Positions 1 to 10,054 of a stretch of 64,000 nt of DNA are shown here, one piece after another. The stretch spans positions 137,558-201,557 of the IMG/VR virus record IMGVR_UViG_3300021399_000102; one strand, written 5' to 3'. Both the position numbers and the translations under genes were made by a program. Positions within the stretch are counted from its first letter, which is position 1. Each line of letters opens with the position of its first letter. The DNA comes from a virus (Duplodnaviria > Caudoviricetes). Under the pieces are notes generated by a model. That model ran no database searches, was not told where the DNA came from, and saw only the letters and a program-made list of their open reading frames with translations.

Positions 1-245
1 GCGTCTCCATCCTTTGGAAGGACATAGATATTTTGCTGCTTTGTCCACTCTAAATAGTGCTTGTCCATGTTCCTTACGTGCCAAAGGACAAGTCCGCAAT
101 TGTTGAGATTCCATTTCTTGAGGATATTGACAATGAGCTGACTCTCGTTTACTGGACCCCAGCCCCAGTTGCGTATGTTTCCAACCTCCTGAAAGGTGAG
201 TGGAAATTCATTGTCTTCAAGGTCATGGCATGGGCTTTGTTTCAT
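1..245 (-). CDS. hypothetical protein, 3' end runs off the window
   Basis: ATG at 245, frame open to position 1 (MKQSPCHDLEDNEF...), continues the minus-strand gene run. Confidence 0.55.
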   Translation of the reverse strand, partial: MKQSPCHDLEDNEFPLTFQEVGNIRNWGWGPVNESQLIVNILKKWNLNNCGLVLWHVRNMDKHYLEWTKQQNIYVLPKDGD

Positions 246-259
246 TGTGCGAACCCCCG

Positions 260-655
260 TTAAATTGTGTTTCTTGTCTTCGTTGCGACTATTGCTTCCA
301 TCACTTCGGCGTCGATGTTGCTTGTATGGTCTTCTGATTCAACAAGTGCGACTTCAACTCCCATTCCCGGTATGTTGATTCCCACTATGGTATGCGTCAA
401 GGACAACTCCGAAAGGTCAGAAACAATCCTGTCCATCTTGTTGGGCATGATATACAACTGTTCTTGGCAGAACCAATCAATGCCATTCTGAAACAAGTAG
501 AATACCTTCACTACGCTACTGCACCTTTGCTTCTTGGCATTCAACTTCTTGAGCAATTCATCCCTCTTCATGGGCAAATGCGCACTTCCAATCCAACGCC
601 ACATTGGATTGTCACGTTCAACCAAATAATATAGTTCATTGTCCATGAAGACCAT
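260..655 (-). CDS. hypothetical protein, 'SLTH...ES.DG.TNI' paralog family
   Basis: C-terminal motif SELSLTHTIVG...ESEDHTSNIDAEVMEAI shared with six other ORFs. Confidence 0.8.
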   Translation of the reverse strand: MVFMDNELYYLVERDNPMWRWIGSAHLPMKRDELLKKLNAKKQRCSSVVKVFYLFQNGIDWFCQEQLYIMPNKMDRIVSDLSELSLTHTIVGINIPGMGVEVALVESEDHTSNIDAEVMEAIVATKTRNTI

Positions 656-656
656 T

Positions 657-1163
657 TTACTTGTTCCACTCCTCCCAAGCGATATAGTCGTCCTCGGACT
701 TGGCGTTGTCCTCGAACGTTCCCCACTTCAAGACGCAACCGGCGAGACCAGAGGCAATCCAAATGGGATAGCACCAATACTGATATGCGTCCCTAATGGA
801 CTCTGCGGAGAAATCAATGCCCATTCTCTTATCTTCTGGCTTGATGTCTTTGTTGTTGTCAAGTTCCACGATATGACGGGCGTTGAAGATTGCCACTTCC
901 CTGGGAGTAGGGGGTCGGATTTGATGCTCAGAGAACTGCTCATCCCAAATGTTGAGAAGGTAGTTAAGATAGTTGTTGTCGTCAATGAAATGCCCGTTGA
1001 GCCAACGAAGATACTGATAGGCGTCCGGATTGTTTAGCGGAAGGCGAAGATTGTGCAAGTCCTTGTCCTTCATATAGTGCAGAAACTCCATGTAGTCAAC
1101 GCTCTTGATGGCGTTGAACTCCTTGTCATCCTTCGGACGCCATTTGATTTCAGGTAATTCCAT
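657..1163 (-). CDS. hypothetical protein
   Basis: 168 aa ORF with GAGG RBS, downstream of a sigma70-type promoter at ~1195-1225. Confidence 0.75.
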   Translation of the reverse strand: MELPEIKWRPKDDKEFNAIKSVDYMEFLHYMKDKDLHNLRLPLNNPDAYQYLRWLNGHFIDDNNYLNYLLNIWDEQFSEHQIRPPTPREVAIFNARHIVELDNNKDIKPEDKRMGIDFSAESIRDAYQYWCYPIWIASGLAGCVLKWGTFEDNAKSEDDYIAWEEWNK

Positions 1164-1302
1164 ATCAACCTCGCTTTCCTTGGCTTCAACACATATATTA
1201 TCTCATATTCCGAACAGAATGTCAATAGACCTTTGGTCTATTCCTGCTATTCTTCAATACCCCCTTGGCATTCAATCAAACTTGTTTGATTTCAATATCT
1301 CC

Positions 1303-1728
1303 TTATGCGGATAGTTCAAGCCCACACGCTTCCCAATGCGCCAATGTTTGGTACTTTCTCTTGTCCTTCAACTCCATCAACCGATTGTAGGTGGAATCGA
1401 GGATGTCAAAGGTTATGTTGGTCTGCCCATCATTTGAGGGAACCAGATGCCATTCAAGGAAGAAGTTCCCGTTGATTTTGGCTATTGAGTGTGTAAGAGA
1501 CCACTTCATCATTTCTGCATAGAACAAGTCCTTGTCTTCATTTTTGCGAAGGTCAAGCTTTATTTCCTGCCGTTTGCATCCATTGTCGCAAATGTTTATT
1601 ACTATGTAGCAATTCTCAACCTTGAGTTTCTGTATTTCTGAGGACAACTGCCCCTCAGATGGAATCTCTGATGGAAGGTCTACCTTGAGGTAACTTCCCT
1701 TGTATTTGTTGTAGAATGGCTTTCTCAT
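1303..1728 (-). CDS. hypothetical protein, SLTH paralog family
   Basis: KWSLTHSIAKI...PSNDGQTNITFDILD. Confidence 0.8.
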   Translation of the reverse strand: MRKPFYNKYKGSYLKVDLPSEIPSEGQLSSEIQKLKVENCYIVINICDNGCKRQEIKLDLRKNEDKDLFYAEMMKWSLTHSIAKINGNFFLEWHLVPSNDGQTNITFDILDSTYNRLMELKDKRKYQTLAHWEACGLELSA

Positions 1729-2108
1729 ATCCTAACATTGAACTTCTTGAGAATTGATTCAATGAGCTTTCCATCCACGTTCGTGTTTCCGATGGATTCC
1801 CGTATGACTATAAGGAGATTTCTCTTTCCACATGGGTCGTTGTCCTTGGTTATTCCAATGATTTCGTGGGTCAAGGAAAGGTCGAACATGAACTTGACGA
1901 ACGATTCAACCTCCTCCGGTATTCCAAAGAATTTACGATAGCAGGTTTCCTTATCAACCGGATTGAAGATGTGTATGAACAAAGATTCCAATTTTATTGC
2001 ATCCAGAAGCGGAAATAAGGCGTCAGTGGTCAATGATGGCTTGTTCAACCACGTTTCGCGCTCTTTCAATGTTATTGGATTGAAATACATTTCTCGATCT
2101 ATGATCAT
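1725..2108 (-). CDS. hypothetical protein, SLTH paralog family
   Basis: FDLSLTHEIIG...RESIGNTNVDGKLIE; ATGA overlap with neighbours. Confidence 0.8.
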   Translation of the reverse strand: MIIDREMYFNPITLKERETWLNKPSLTTDALFPLLDAIKLESLFIHIFNPVDKETCYRKFFGIPEEVESFVKFMFDLSLTHEIIGITKDNDPCGKRNLLIVIRESIGNTNVDGKLIESILKKFNVRI

Positions 2109-2497
2109 TTTTCATACCTTTGCGACAGTGCATCAATCAAAGTCGGCGTTATGTTGGTGCATCCATTCTTGGATTCAACCAAGGTGATTACGTCAGCATA
2201 GATGTTCTCCCCCAAGTTGTCTGAGTAGATGTTCCTTCCTATGCAGTAGTCTATGATGGTGTTGTTCAAGGACATGTCGAACAAATGTCCTATAAGCTGT
2301 TCTGCTCCACTTGGAACAGTGAACGTCCATGCAGTTCCCCATCCATCGTTGGTCAATCTCCTGACGATTACGGTCTTGATGAACTGTTTGGTGTTGTGCT
2401 TGATGTAGTTCACCACCCAAGTTGAATCATAGGGTTGCCAAGTTCTGACCATCTTGTTCTGATAGAATTGTTGTCTGAATCTCTTTCCCTCAATCAC
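2105..2497 (-). CDS. hypothetical protein, SLTH paralog family
   Basis: FDMSLNNTIID...VESKNGCTNITPTLID. Confidence 0.8.
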   Translation of the reverse strand: MIEGKRFRQQFYQNKMVRTWQPYDSTWVVNYIKHNTKQFIKTVIVRRLTNDGWGTAWTFTVPSGAEQLIGHLFDMSLNNTIIDYCIGRNIYSDNLGENIYADVITLVESKNGCTNITPTLIDALSQRYEK

Positions 2498-2973
2498 CCT
2501 TCCACCACCATTCCATTCAATTCCTCGTTCAATGTCTTGATTGGCCGCTTGACAACCTCAAAGATAAGCTCCACGATTTCGTCAGTGATGTTCGTTGTGC
2601 CATCCTCAGATTCCACCACATAGATGGTTGCTGATCTTGGATTCACCCCAAGAATCCTATGGTTCAAGGACAAGTCGAACATGTCAGAGACAATCCTGTT
2701 TATGTTCATCGGCAACTCGTATGCCCTGGTGTTGAACAGGTATTTTGGGGGAACCCAGTTCATATGGGATGTTTCCGGATCCAGTTGCTTCACCTTCGAC
2801 ACGCAAACAACCCCACAGAACCACTCTTGGATTGGCTTGATGTCCAATATGTCATTCTTGAGTTGGGCTTCGTCATAATCCACGAAGAACTTTGCCACAG
2901 ACGAGAATTCCCCGGAATCTCCTGGCTTCCAATAGCCCCGGGTATCCATCATCATCTTTGTTGAACTTGACAT
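2494..2973 (-). CDS. hypothetical protein, SLTH paralog family
   Basis: FDLSLNHRILG...VESEDGTTNITDEIVE. Confidence 0.8.
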   Translation of the reverse strand: MSSSTKMMMDTRGYWKPGDSGEFSSVAKFFVDYDEAQLKNDILDIKPIQEWFCGVVCVSKVKQLDPETSHMNWVPPKYLFNTRAYELPMNINRIVSDMFDLSLNHRILGVNPRSATIYVVESEDGTTNITDEIVELIFEVVKRPIKTLNEELNGMVVEG

Positions 2974-3386
2974 CTTGGCTTCCTTTTGTTCAATTGCTTG
3001 GCAATCTTCTTATGAATGTCCATCATCGCCTCCATCACTTCATTGTCTATGTTGGTGCTTCCATCCTTGGACTCCTCCACCACCATCTCCAGGTATTGGG
3101 CATCCACCGCAATCAACTTGTGGGTCAGGGAAAGCGAGAACAAGTCAGAGCAAAGCTCGTCCAATCCATGACCTGACGTCATGTCGTAGCTTCCCAACAT
3201 GCGAACATTGAGATATTTTGATTGTCGAACCTCGTAGATGTTGATGGAGAACATGAAGTCCTCAACCACTTTCCTTCTCTTCGTGTCGTTGTATGACTTC
3301 TTCCAAGTGAGTTTCCTTCCCTCCTTCACAAGGTCGCTCATTCCCTTGCTGGCGTCACTCCAATCGTTGTTGTCTTTGATTAGCAT
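2952..3386 (-). CDS. hypothetical protein, SLTH paralog family
   Basis: FSLSLTHKLIA...EESKDGSTNIDNEVME. Confidence 0.8.
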   Translation of the reverse strand: MLIKDNNDWSDASKGMSDLVKEGRKLTWKKSYNDTKRRKVVEDFMFSINIYEVRQSKYLNVRMLGSYDMTSGHGLDELCSDLFSLSLTHKLIAVDAQYLEMVVEESKDGSTNIDNEVMEAMMDIHKKIAKQLNKRKPRCQVQQR

Positions 3387-3389
3387 TTC

Positions 3390-4382
3390 TCACAACCTCC
3401 AATCTGGGCTCAACTTCTCCAGCTCGTTCCAATCAAATGGAAGGTTGAAGAACTCAAGCAATTCTGTGTTCTCCTTCATTCCATTGAAGATTTTTGGTGC
3501 ATGGATGTATATGTAGATGAACAAGTCCATGACATCGAATTGAGTCTCAATCATATTCATCTCAAACACAATTTCCTCGAAAGTCCGAAGATCCTTGAAG
3601 AGCCTTTCACCAAACACAGATGGAATGCGCTCGAACTGATCAGACCACAGTTTCTCCAATGCTAGTGTGTTCGTGGAATTCAATTGAAGGACATTGACAA
3701 CCCAATTGAATGTGTTAGTTTCACCAGAGACGAGAAGTTGCTTGAGCAATGTGTTCACGGCGTGGGCAAGGTAGGGAACCGAGCTTCTTGCTGACCATCC
3801 AGTTACGCCAAAGATGTCTCCAATGGATGACAATATGACATATTGCGTCCTGGTGGAGAAGCCAAGGAAATTGCCAGCCATCAGCATTGACCTGGCGAGA
3901 TAGGACTCCCGAAGGAACATCTTGACATCCCCCTTGTCTGCCGAGATTGCCTCCACGAGCTTGTTGAAGTCAACGTCTCCTGACGCTACTTTGTCGTCTT
4001 CAATGAACCGACCCTTGTACCCATCGCTTCTGAACCTGATGAGGTTGGCGTTTCCGCGAAAATTGTCCCTCAGTTCCTTCATGATCTCTGGATAGATGTC
4101 CTCTTCCACCAGGAAATGTGCGAGGGATTCTTCTGCGAAGCACATGTCCAATGGATGAAGAGATTCCACATGTCTTGCGAGAAAGTCATTGACCCTGTAT
4201 GGATGGGCAGCAAGGTCATATAGGTCGTACACGAACGCACTGTGCTTGTAGATGTCCTCAATCTGACTTTCGTGGCTCTTAAGGAACGCCACAACCACCT
4301 TGAAGTCGGTTCCATCCATAAACATCTCGTCCAGAACCCTTGACAAGGACACTTCTGTCGATATGGAATGATCGTAGTTCAT
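3390..4382 (-). CDS. hypothetical early protein
   Basis: 330 aa ORF, AAGGAG RBS, directly behind a consensus sigma70 promoter. Confidence 0.8.
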   Translation of the reverse strand: MNYDHSISTEVSLSRVLDEMFMDGTDFKVVVAFLKSHESQIEDIYKHSAFVYDLYDLAAHPYRVNDFLARHVESLHPLDMCFAEESLAHFLVEEDIYPEIMKELRDNFRGNANLIRFRSDGYKGRFIEDDKVASGDVDFNKLVEAISADKGDVKMFLRESYLARSMLMAGNFLGFSTRTQYVILSSIGDIFGVTGWSARSSVPYLAHAVNTLLKQLLVSGETNTFNWVVNVLQLNSTNTLALEKLWSDQFERIPSVFGERLFKDLRTFEEIVFEMNMIETQFDVMDLFIYIYIHAPKIFNGMKENTELLEFFNLPFDWNELEKLSPDWRL

Positions 4383-4415
4383 GTGCCTATTTCTCCTTTG
4401 CTCAACAACACCAAT

Positions 4416-4451
4416 ATTATATCATAAACTGGCTTCTGATGTCAATACCCC
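4416..4451 (-). promoter_or_regulatory. early sigma70-type promoter
   Basis: GGGGTA-TTGACA-N18-TATAAT with TG before the -10. The same architecture recurs at 25324-25359, 36332-36368, 44198-44232 and ~1195-1225. Confidence 0.8.
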
Positions 4452-4551
4452 TTTGTAGGTATTCATGCCAACTTGCTTGGCAATCAATACCCCTTTGGAA
4501 CTTCACGAAATGGCTTGGAAGTGGTATAATTGGGAATAAAGGAGAATAGGA

Positions 4552-5601
4552 ATGATTGACTTTGAGGAAGATATATTGGAGAACTCTGGAACTGGGGAAT
4601 TCGCGCCAACAAGGGATGAGGGACTTTGGGTCACTAAATACCGACCAAGGACATTGGAGCATTTTTGCCTTGACCCAAAGTTGAAGGCTCTATTTCAGAA
4701 GCAAATTGACGCAAATGACGTTCAGAACGTGTGTTTGGTTGGGGGTCCAGGAATTGGAAAGACAACTCTGGCCCTGATTCTGGCCAATTCAAGCAAGGAT
4801 TCTGACATATTGTTCGTGAGTTGCGCATCTGGCGAGGGCAAGGTGGAGTCAATCCAGTCAAAGATTATCCCATTCTGCCAAAGCGCATCGAGTGGTCGCA
4901 AGTTCGTGATATTGGACGAATTGGATTCAGCGTCAGCAACGCAAGCCAACTCCTTCCAAAAGGCTTTGAGGAACGTAGTGGAGGCATTCCCAGATTGCAG
5001 GTTCATTGCCACTGCAAACTATCAAACCAACATCATCGGGCCACTTTGCCCTTCAAGGCTTCCTCCCAAGATGTTGAGTTTCTCGGTGTCAGAGATGATT
5101 TCCAATCTTCTCTATATCCTTGGCGAAGAGAACATTGAGATTGTAAGCGAGGCGACAAAGACAAAGCAGTTCCTAGGTAGCCTCATCAAGTCCTACTACC
5201 CAGACATGCGTTCGGTTGTGGGTCAATTGCAAGCAGCTTGCGTTGGTGGGACATTGGATGTGGAGAACATCACCATCAACAACAAGGAGGCAATCAAGAA
5301 CGCATTGGCTCAATTCCTCTCGCTCGTAAAAGGAGCGGGAACGCCACTTGAAATGCGCAAGGCGTACAACAACGAGATTCTGGCGTTTGGAAACAATGGC
5401 AATCTTTCCAAGCTTTACTCACCACTTGGTCTCGCCGAGGAAATCTTGAACTACTTGATTGAAAATTACAACATAGATCCAGAGGACTTGATGGTACTCG
5501 TGGAGTACATCTACAAGATTGAGCATTCTGTGGATGGCGAGACCCAGTTCTTTGGGTTCTTGCTCAAGGTAAAGACAATCGACTTCAACAAAGGAGCATG
5601 A
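4552..5601 (+). CDS. clamp loader ATPase subunit (T4 gp44 / RFC small subunit-like)
   Basis: LWVTKYRP box, Walker A GGPGIGKTT, Walker B ILDELD, FIATAN, YYPDMRS. Confidence 0.92.
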   Translation: MIDFEEDILENSGTGEFAPTRDEGLWVTKYRPRTLEHFCLDPKLKALFQKQIDANDVQNVCLVGGPGIGKTTLALILANSSKDSDILFVSCASGEGKVESIQSKIIPFCQSASSGRKFVILDELDSASATQANSFQKALRNVVEAFPDCRFIATANYQTNIIGPLCPSRLPPKMLSFSVSEMISNLLYILGEENIEIVSEATKTKQFLGSLIKSYYPDMRSVVGQLQAACVGGTLDVENITINNKEAIKNALAQFLSLVKGAGTPLEMRKAYNNEILAFGNNGNLSKLYSPLGLAEEILNYLIENYNIDPEDLMVLVEYIYKIEHSVDGETQFFGFLLKVKTIDFNKGA

Positions 5602-5602
5602 G

Positions 5603-5815
5603 ATGACGTTCGAGGAATACTACAATTATTGCAGAAGCAACAAGATTGACATTACAAAGTGGAAACTAAACACTCTCCATCAGAAGTTGATGGACAACAA
5701 CCAACCACTTACTGAATCTGAAGTATGCGCCAAGTTGTTTCTTGAAAAGGTTGGGTATGTCACTTGGCTATGGGACAATCCACCACAACCAATTGACGAC
5801 AAGGCAAAGAAATGA
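5603..5815 (+). CDS. hypothetical protein
   Basis: AAGGAG RBS, follows the clamp loader. Confidence 0.65.
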   Translation: MTFEEYYNYCRSNKIDITKWKLNTLHQKLMDNNQPLTESEVCAKLFLEKVGYVTWLWDNPPQPIDDKAKK

Positions 5816-5940
5816 AGTTAGGTTTGGGGCTTTGCACAAGGCAGACAATTGGACATTCGTTGGCATGGCAGATGGAAGCACGAAGACGAAACTGTGTGAG
5901 GAATACACATCTTCTATGCTATGATGTGTAAATACATGCA

Positions 5941-6354
5941 TTGAAAGCAACTATGGAAAATAATTCACCAATAGATTCAGGACTTCCAAGAAACCCAACA
6001 GAGTTCAAGGGGGCAATAACAAGGTTGAGATATTTTGGGGATTGCAGGAACACAGTTGATGTAGATGGCATGTGGGATGCAACCCAAATGGCAGGTGTTG
6101 TTGGTCAGTCAAGCATAGTTCCATTCAAGTCAATAGTCTGTGAGTTCATGGATGGAGACAGAAAGGTTCCTGCGAAAGTCAGAAAATGGATGGCAAAGAA
6201 CCAGAACTCCCTTGAAGATACCTCCAAGATAGTGTTTGGGCTTAACGAACATCAAGGTATATTCTTCGCGTACATAACTGACTTTGACATTCATTTCTTC
6301 TTTGACGCAAAGTTCGAGAACTGGAAGGAAATCCCAAAGCCGAAATCTGTATAA
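5941..6354 (+). CDS. hypothetical late protein (start may be ATG 5953)
   Basis: GTAAATA at 5928-5934 upstream. Confidence 0.7.
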   Translation: MKATMENNSPIDSGLPRNPTEFKGAITRLRYFGDCRNTVDVDGMWDATQMAGVVGQSSIVPFKSIVCEFMDGDRKVPAKVRKWMAKNQNSLEDTSKIVFGLNEHQGIFFAYITDFDIHFFFDAKFENWKEIPKPKSV

Positions 6355-6459
6355 TTGAATGTGTGAATAGCACGATAATTGCCTAAAAGAGAAACATCAA
6401 AGAACCGTAGGTGCTGGGTGGCATCTACGGTTTCTTCATCTTGTCATGTGATGTGGATG

Positions 6460-7308
6460 TCAGGAATCCATCGTGCAGTATGTCTCGCCATCTGATATGT
6501 TTGCGGCGAATATCCACAATGCCTTTTCGGCCAATTCCCTTGCATCCATCTCAGCAAGCTCCTCCTCGTCCCATGCTCCATATTCCCTCAACCACCTTCT
6601 GGCACGTTCCACTGGGAAGTTCTGGTCGAACTTAAGTTCATCCACCCAAACAGACACATCGTCGTCAACCCGTCCTGGATGCGAACATGCCTTTACGCAC
6701 TCGTCTGGAAGTGGTGACTTGTCTGGATCTATGCCAAACTCGTCTATTGCCCAATCAGGTGGAGTCAATTCCCCAATTTCGTTGAACCAACCGGATTCCC
6801 CATCTGAAAGGTAAGAAGAACCTTCATTCACGGCAGAGGAGTTCCTAATTTCATGATCAACTATGTCGATTGTGTCCAATGTGTCGCCGCGAAGAGACTC
6901 CACCCACGAGAACAAGTCACTGTCCTCCCCAAGTGCAGTCCTGACGTCATCTGACACATCCTATAGTCTTTGACCAATCTCGTCTAGTCTTCTCCTTGTT
7001 CTCTGAAGCAGAAACCTCTTCGCGTTGCCATTTATGCTTGGTGTGCCGGCGTCCCTGGATTCAGAAATATACTCATCATCGGTATCATCCGACCTCTCAG
7101 CAAGAATGCCCTTGATGTCGTCAATGGTGTCGCCAAGATCCATTGAATGTGAGTCGAGTCTTGCGAAAAGGAAGGTCTCGCCACGTGCATCACGTATTGT
7201 GTTCGCAGCATCGTCCAGCAGCTGCTTTGCCTTGATGGTCGCTTCCAACGCCTGCTTAATCAACATATCGTCATTGGAACTTCTTTCCTTGATTGTTCTT
7301 CTTTTCAT
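6460..7308 (-). CDS. acidic late protein, possibly head-internal; 1 in-frame TAG read as Gln
   Basis: ORFs 6961..7308 and 6460..6957 are in one frame joined by TAG at 6961; AGGAG RBS; GTAAATA at 7338-7344. Confidence 0.8.
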
Positions 7309-7344
7309 CTCGTATCTCCTATTCTAAACTATAGATATATTTAC

Positions 7345-8094
7345 TCAAATCTTCTACCCATATCTCCTCAGGAAGTCCTCCCTTGCAGCCTTTTGCATCT
7401 CCATCATCTTCTGCTGTTGCTCGTCTTGCGCCACCGGTGACTTCATTTGCGTTTCCATCCCGTTCTTGTCAAGCAACACGAAATGCGTATATGCGCAAGT
7501 GAAGGAATGTTGGATTTCATCTGCTTCAGAATAGGACAATTGAAGGTCAGAGAATGCCTTTATCCAACAGTTCTTGAACCTGAATCCAACTATGGGCTTC
7601 TTGTAGGGCGAGAGCAATGTAACATCTATGTCGCAGGCGTTTATCAAACCATTTGCCTCTACGTTTCCAGTATCAAGTGCATTCACACCCTTGTTTACAG
7701 GAGCGTTGTTCATGCACCAATTGTAAAGCGCACGGTAGTCTGTCCAATCCGCACTCACGAAGTAGTTGAATGTGATTTCCTTGCTGCCAGGAGACATTGT
7801 ATATGTCGGCCTTTCAATCTCAATGGAACGATACATAACCTTGTCAGTACCCATTTCAATTGAAGGAATCGTGAATGTTGATAGACGGAGATTGACATTT
7901 TGAAAATCTGGCCCGAGGCACAAATAAATCGGAATATCTGCCACCCATTTGTTTTTGGCAGCAAAAGCATTTTGATTAGAAATCCCGTCATTTGCATTGA
8001 CATTGATTCCAGGATACACCAACTACTATTTCCTGTTCAAGTTCCTAGTTTGGTTTGGATGTTGAAAGTGATTGACATTATTGGGTATAGACAT
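7345..8094 (-). CDS. tail completion protein, T4 gp3 / tail-tube fold; 3 in-frame TAG
   Basis: ATG at 8094 has an AAGGAGGT RBS, then tandem TAG TAG (8026, 8023) and TAG 7354 before TGA 7345. Pattern FTIPSI..RP..ITFNYFV..DWTDYRALYNW..FKNCWIKAFSDLQLSY..CAYTHF resembles gp3/gp19. Confidence 0.8.
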
Positions 8095-9520
8095 GCTTGA
8101 ATACCTCCTTTAGGTTATTGATGTCTTTTCCACGAAGTATAGTGACATTGTTGGCAAGCATGCATTGATGCTTCGCTTCAAACTTTGCACATTCTCTGGC
8201 ATATCGTTCATCGGACCATTTTTTGTTTCGATATGGATTGAACATGACTTCATGTCCCGATTCATCCACCTTGAAGAATTGATCTCCCTTGACTTCATAT
8301 ATCTTTCCATTTATAAGAAAGTCGGGTTGATATATCCATTTCCTTTCACAACATTCATATGTGAAAGATATATTTGGTTGATATTCACACGCTATATTGA
8401 TGTTCTTGCAATAGTCATATACCTTAATTTCCCATTTGGAATCAAACCACATCCCATCATGCCAATATCTTTTCCTTCTTCGCACATGACAGACATGAGT
8501 TTGTTGGTATAATATGCCTCCGTGGTTTCGTCTATTAGTTTCTTGGCATTTATTCACCAATTCTTTCTTTTCTTGTTCGGACTTTTGCTCCCATTTCAAT
8601 TTCCTGGCTTCAATGGCTTCTGGTCTGTTTCCTGGATCGGATGTTCCATATGTTTGCTGGAAAGCACATCGTATCTTTTCATTAGTCTCTTTTGATGCAA
8701 ACCCTATTCCATTGTATCTGTCCATCTGCGTTTCCATTGCCCTGTTAAGTATATCTTTTGATTGCATTGGATTCTTGACACCAATCTTCTCCAAGCAAGT
8801 TCTTTCCCTGGATTCGACTGTTTGTCTAATCTCTTCCTCGGTTTTCTTGCTCCAAGTTTCATTTAACATGTCCTTGAATTCTGGTCGTTGAGTTGGATAA
8901 TCCACATTCCATTTTCTTCTGCAGGTTGCTTTTCGCTTGGCCTTCCCTTCTTTTGTCTGGCATGCCAATTTTCCGCCATGATTCATCCTATCGTGCTTTT
9001 GTGTCAGTTCTATATTGTTGTAATTTTCGTTTCCATACTTCTCTTTCAAGGTAGCCTTGGACTTTCTTGTTCGTTCGTCAATTTCCTCTTTAGTCTTGTT
9101 CCTCCAAATCTGACGAAGATGTTCTTTAGCCTCTGGCAATTGACCCCAACAATTCACGCCATGCGCTTTCTTGAAATTGTCTCGCATTGTCTTTTTTGTC
9201 TCTTCTGACTTCATTGCGCAAGAGTTGCAACAATAATCGCAATAACCCCTCGGGACGGAATCTATGTTCTTCCATTCAAGCGGTTTATTGCATTCTGGAT
9301 TCTTGCATCTTGGAAAGTCTGTCAAGTCGTGGACAATCCAATACAGCTTTGTTCTGAAGGTATAGAATGGGTCAGAAAGATGTGTAGAGGTCTTCCACTC
9401 CACGAAGTCCTTGAGGTACGATTTCTTCTTGAAGATCATGCCATAGGACTTATACTTGGAGCATATGTCCTTCACTTCTGTGGTATATTTCTCCACCTCT
9501 TCTGGCGTATATTCTTCCAT
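8078..9520 (-). CDS. free-standing homing-endonuclease-like protein (repeats plus C-terminal PD-(D/E)XK domain)
   Basis: CKNPEC/CCNSC Zn motif, repeated KATxxEKYG/GVxNPMQ units, FDSKWE...YQPDFLINGKIYEVKG. Confidence 0.75.
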   Translation of the reverse strand: MEEYTPEEVEKYTTEVKDICSKYKSYGMIFKKKSYLKDFVEWKTSTHLSDPFYTFRTKLYWIVHDLTDFPRCKNPECNKPLEWKNIDSVPRGYCDYCCNSCAMKSEETKKTMRDNFKKAHGVNCWGQLPEAKEHLRQIWRNKTKEEIDERTRKSKATLKEKYGNENYNNIELTQKHDRMNHGGKLACQTKEGKAKRKATCRRKWNVDYPTQRPEFKDMLNETWSKKTEEEIRQTVESRERTCLEKIGVKNPMQSKDILNRAMETQMDRYNGIGFASKETNEKIRCAFQQTYGTSDPGNRPEAIEARKLKWEQKSEQEKKELVNKCQETNRRNHGGILYQQTHVCHVRRRKRYWHDGMWFDSKWEIKVYDYCKNINIACEYQPNISFTYECCERKWIYQPDFLINGKIYEVKGDQFFKVDESGHEVMFNPYRNKKWSDERYARECAKFEAKHQCMLANNVTILRGKDINNLKEVFKHVYTQ

Positions 9521-9528
9521 ATATTCAA

Positions 9529-9714
9529 TTATACCTTGTGTATTTCACCTGTTGCCTTGGTATTTTTATCGTCCTCAACAAAGAACAAGCTCCCCTCAAA
9601 CGCCTGGCGTCTTTCTTCAGCTTCCTCAGAACCATCTACGCCTTGTCCCATGGACTTGCGCAAACGGTCATATTCCTCTGGAGTTACTGAATAGAATCTA
9701 ACTGGAATTGCCAT
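9529..9714 (-). CDS. small late hypothetical protein
   Basis: behind GTAAATA 9742-9748. Confidence 0.55.
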   Translation of the reverse strand: MAIPVRFYSVTPEEYDRLRKSMGQGVDGSEEAEERRQAFEGSLFFVEDDKNTKATGEIHKV

Positions 9715-9803
9715 TGTCTCTCATCTTCGTTTCGTTTATGGTATTTACCATTCTCGCTATGCAAAGGTAAATATTATCCAACAACCAATACACAACACAT
9801 AAC

Positions 9804-9974
9804 ATGAGCTACAACCCAAGGAAAGACGACGTATATCGTCGGCTTCAGAATCTTCTTCAGTCAATTAAAATGGACAGTTTCAGCTTGACCAGCGACGATT
9901 AGTATTTTCTGGAGATGAAACTTGACGAATTCAAGAAACTGCTTGACGAGAAATACGACAACAAATCAAATTGA
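9804..9974 (+). CDS. small late protein (56 aa) with 1 in-frame TAG; absent from the ORF track
   Basis: GTAAATA 9767-9773; MSYNPRKDDVYRRLQNLLQSIKMDSFSLTSDD*YFLEMKLDEFKKLLDEKYDNKSN, TAG at 9900. Confidence 0.65.
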
Positions 9975-10054
9975 TTTACTACTACAAGTGAAATCAAACG
10001 GACTACCTCACATAGAAGAGGTAGCCGTTGTTCCTTTGACACATTAATAATGTA

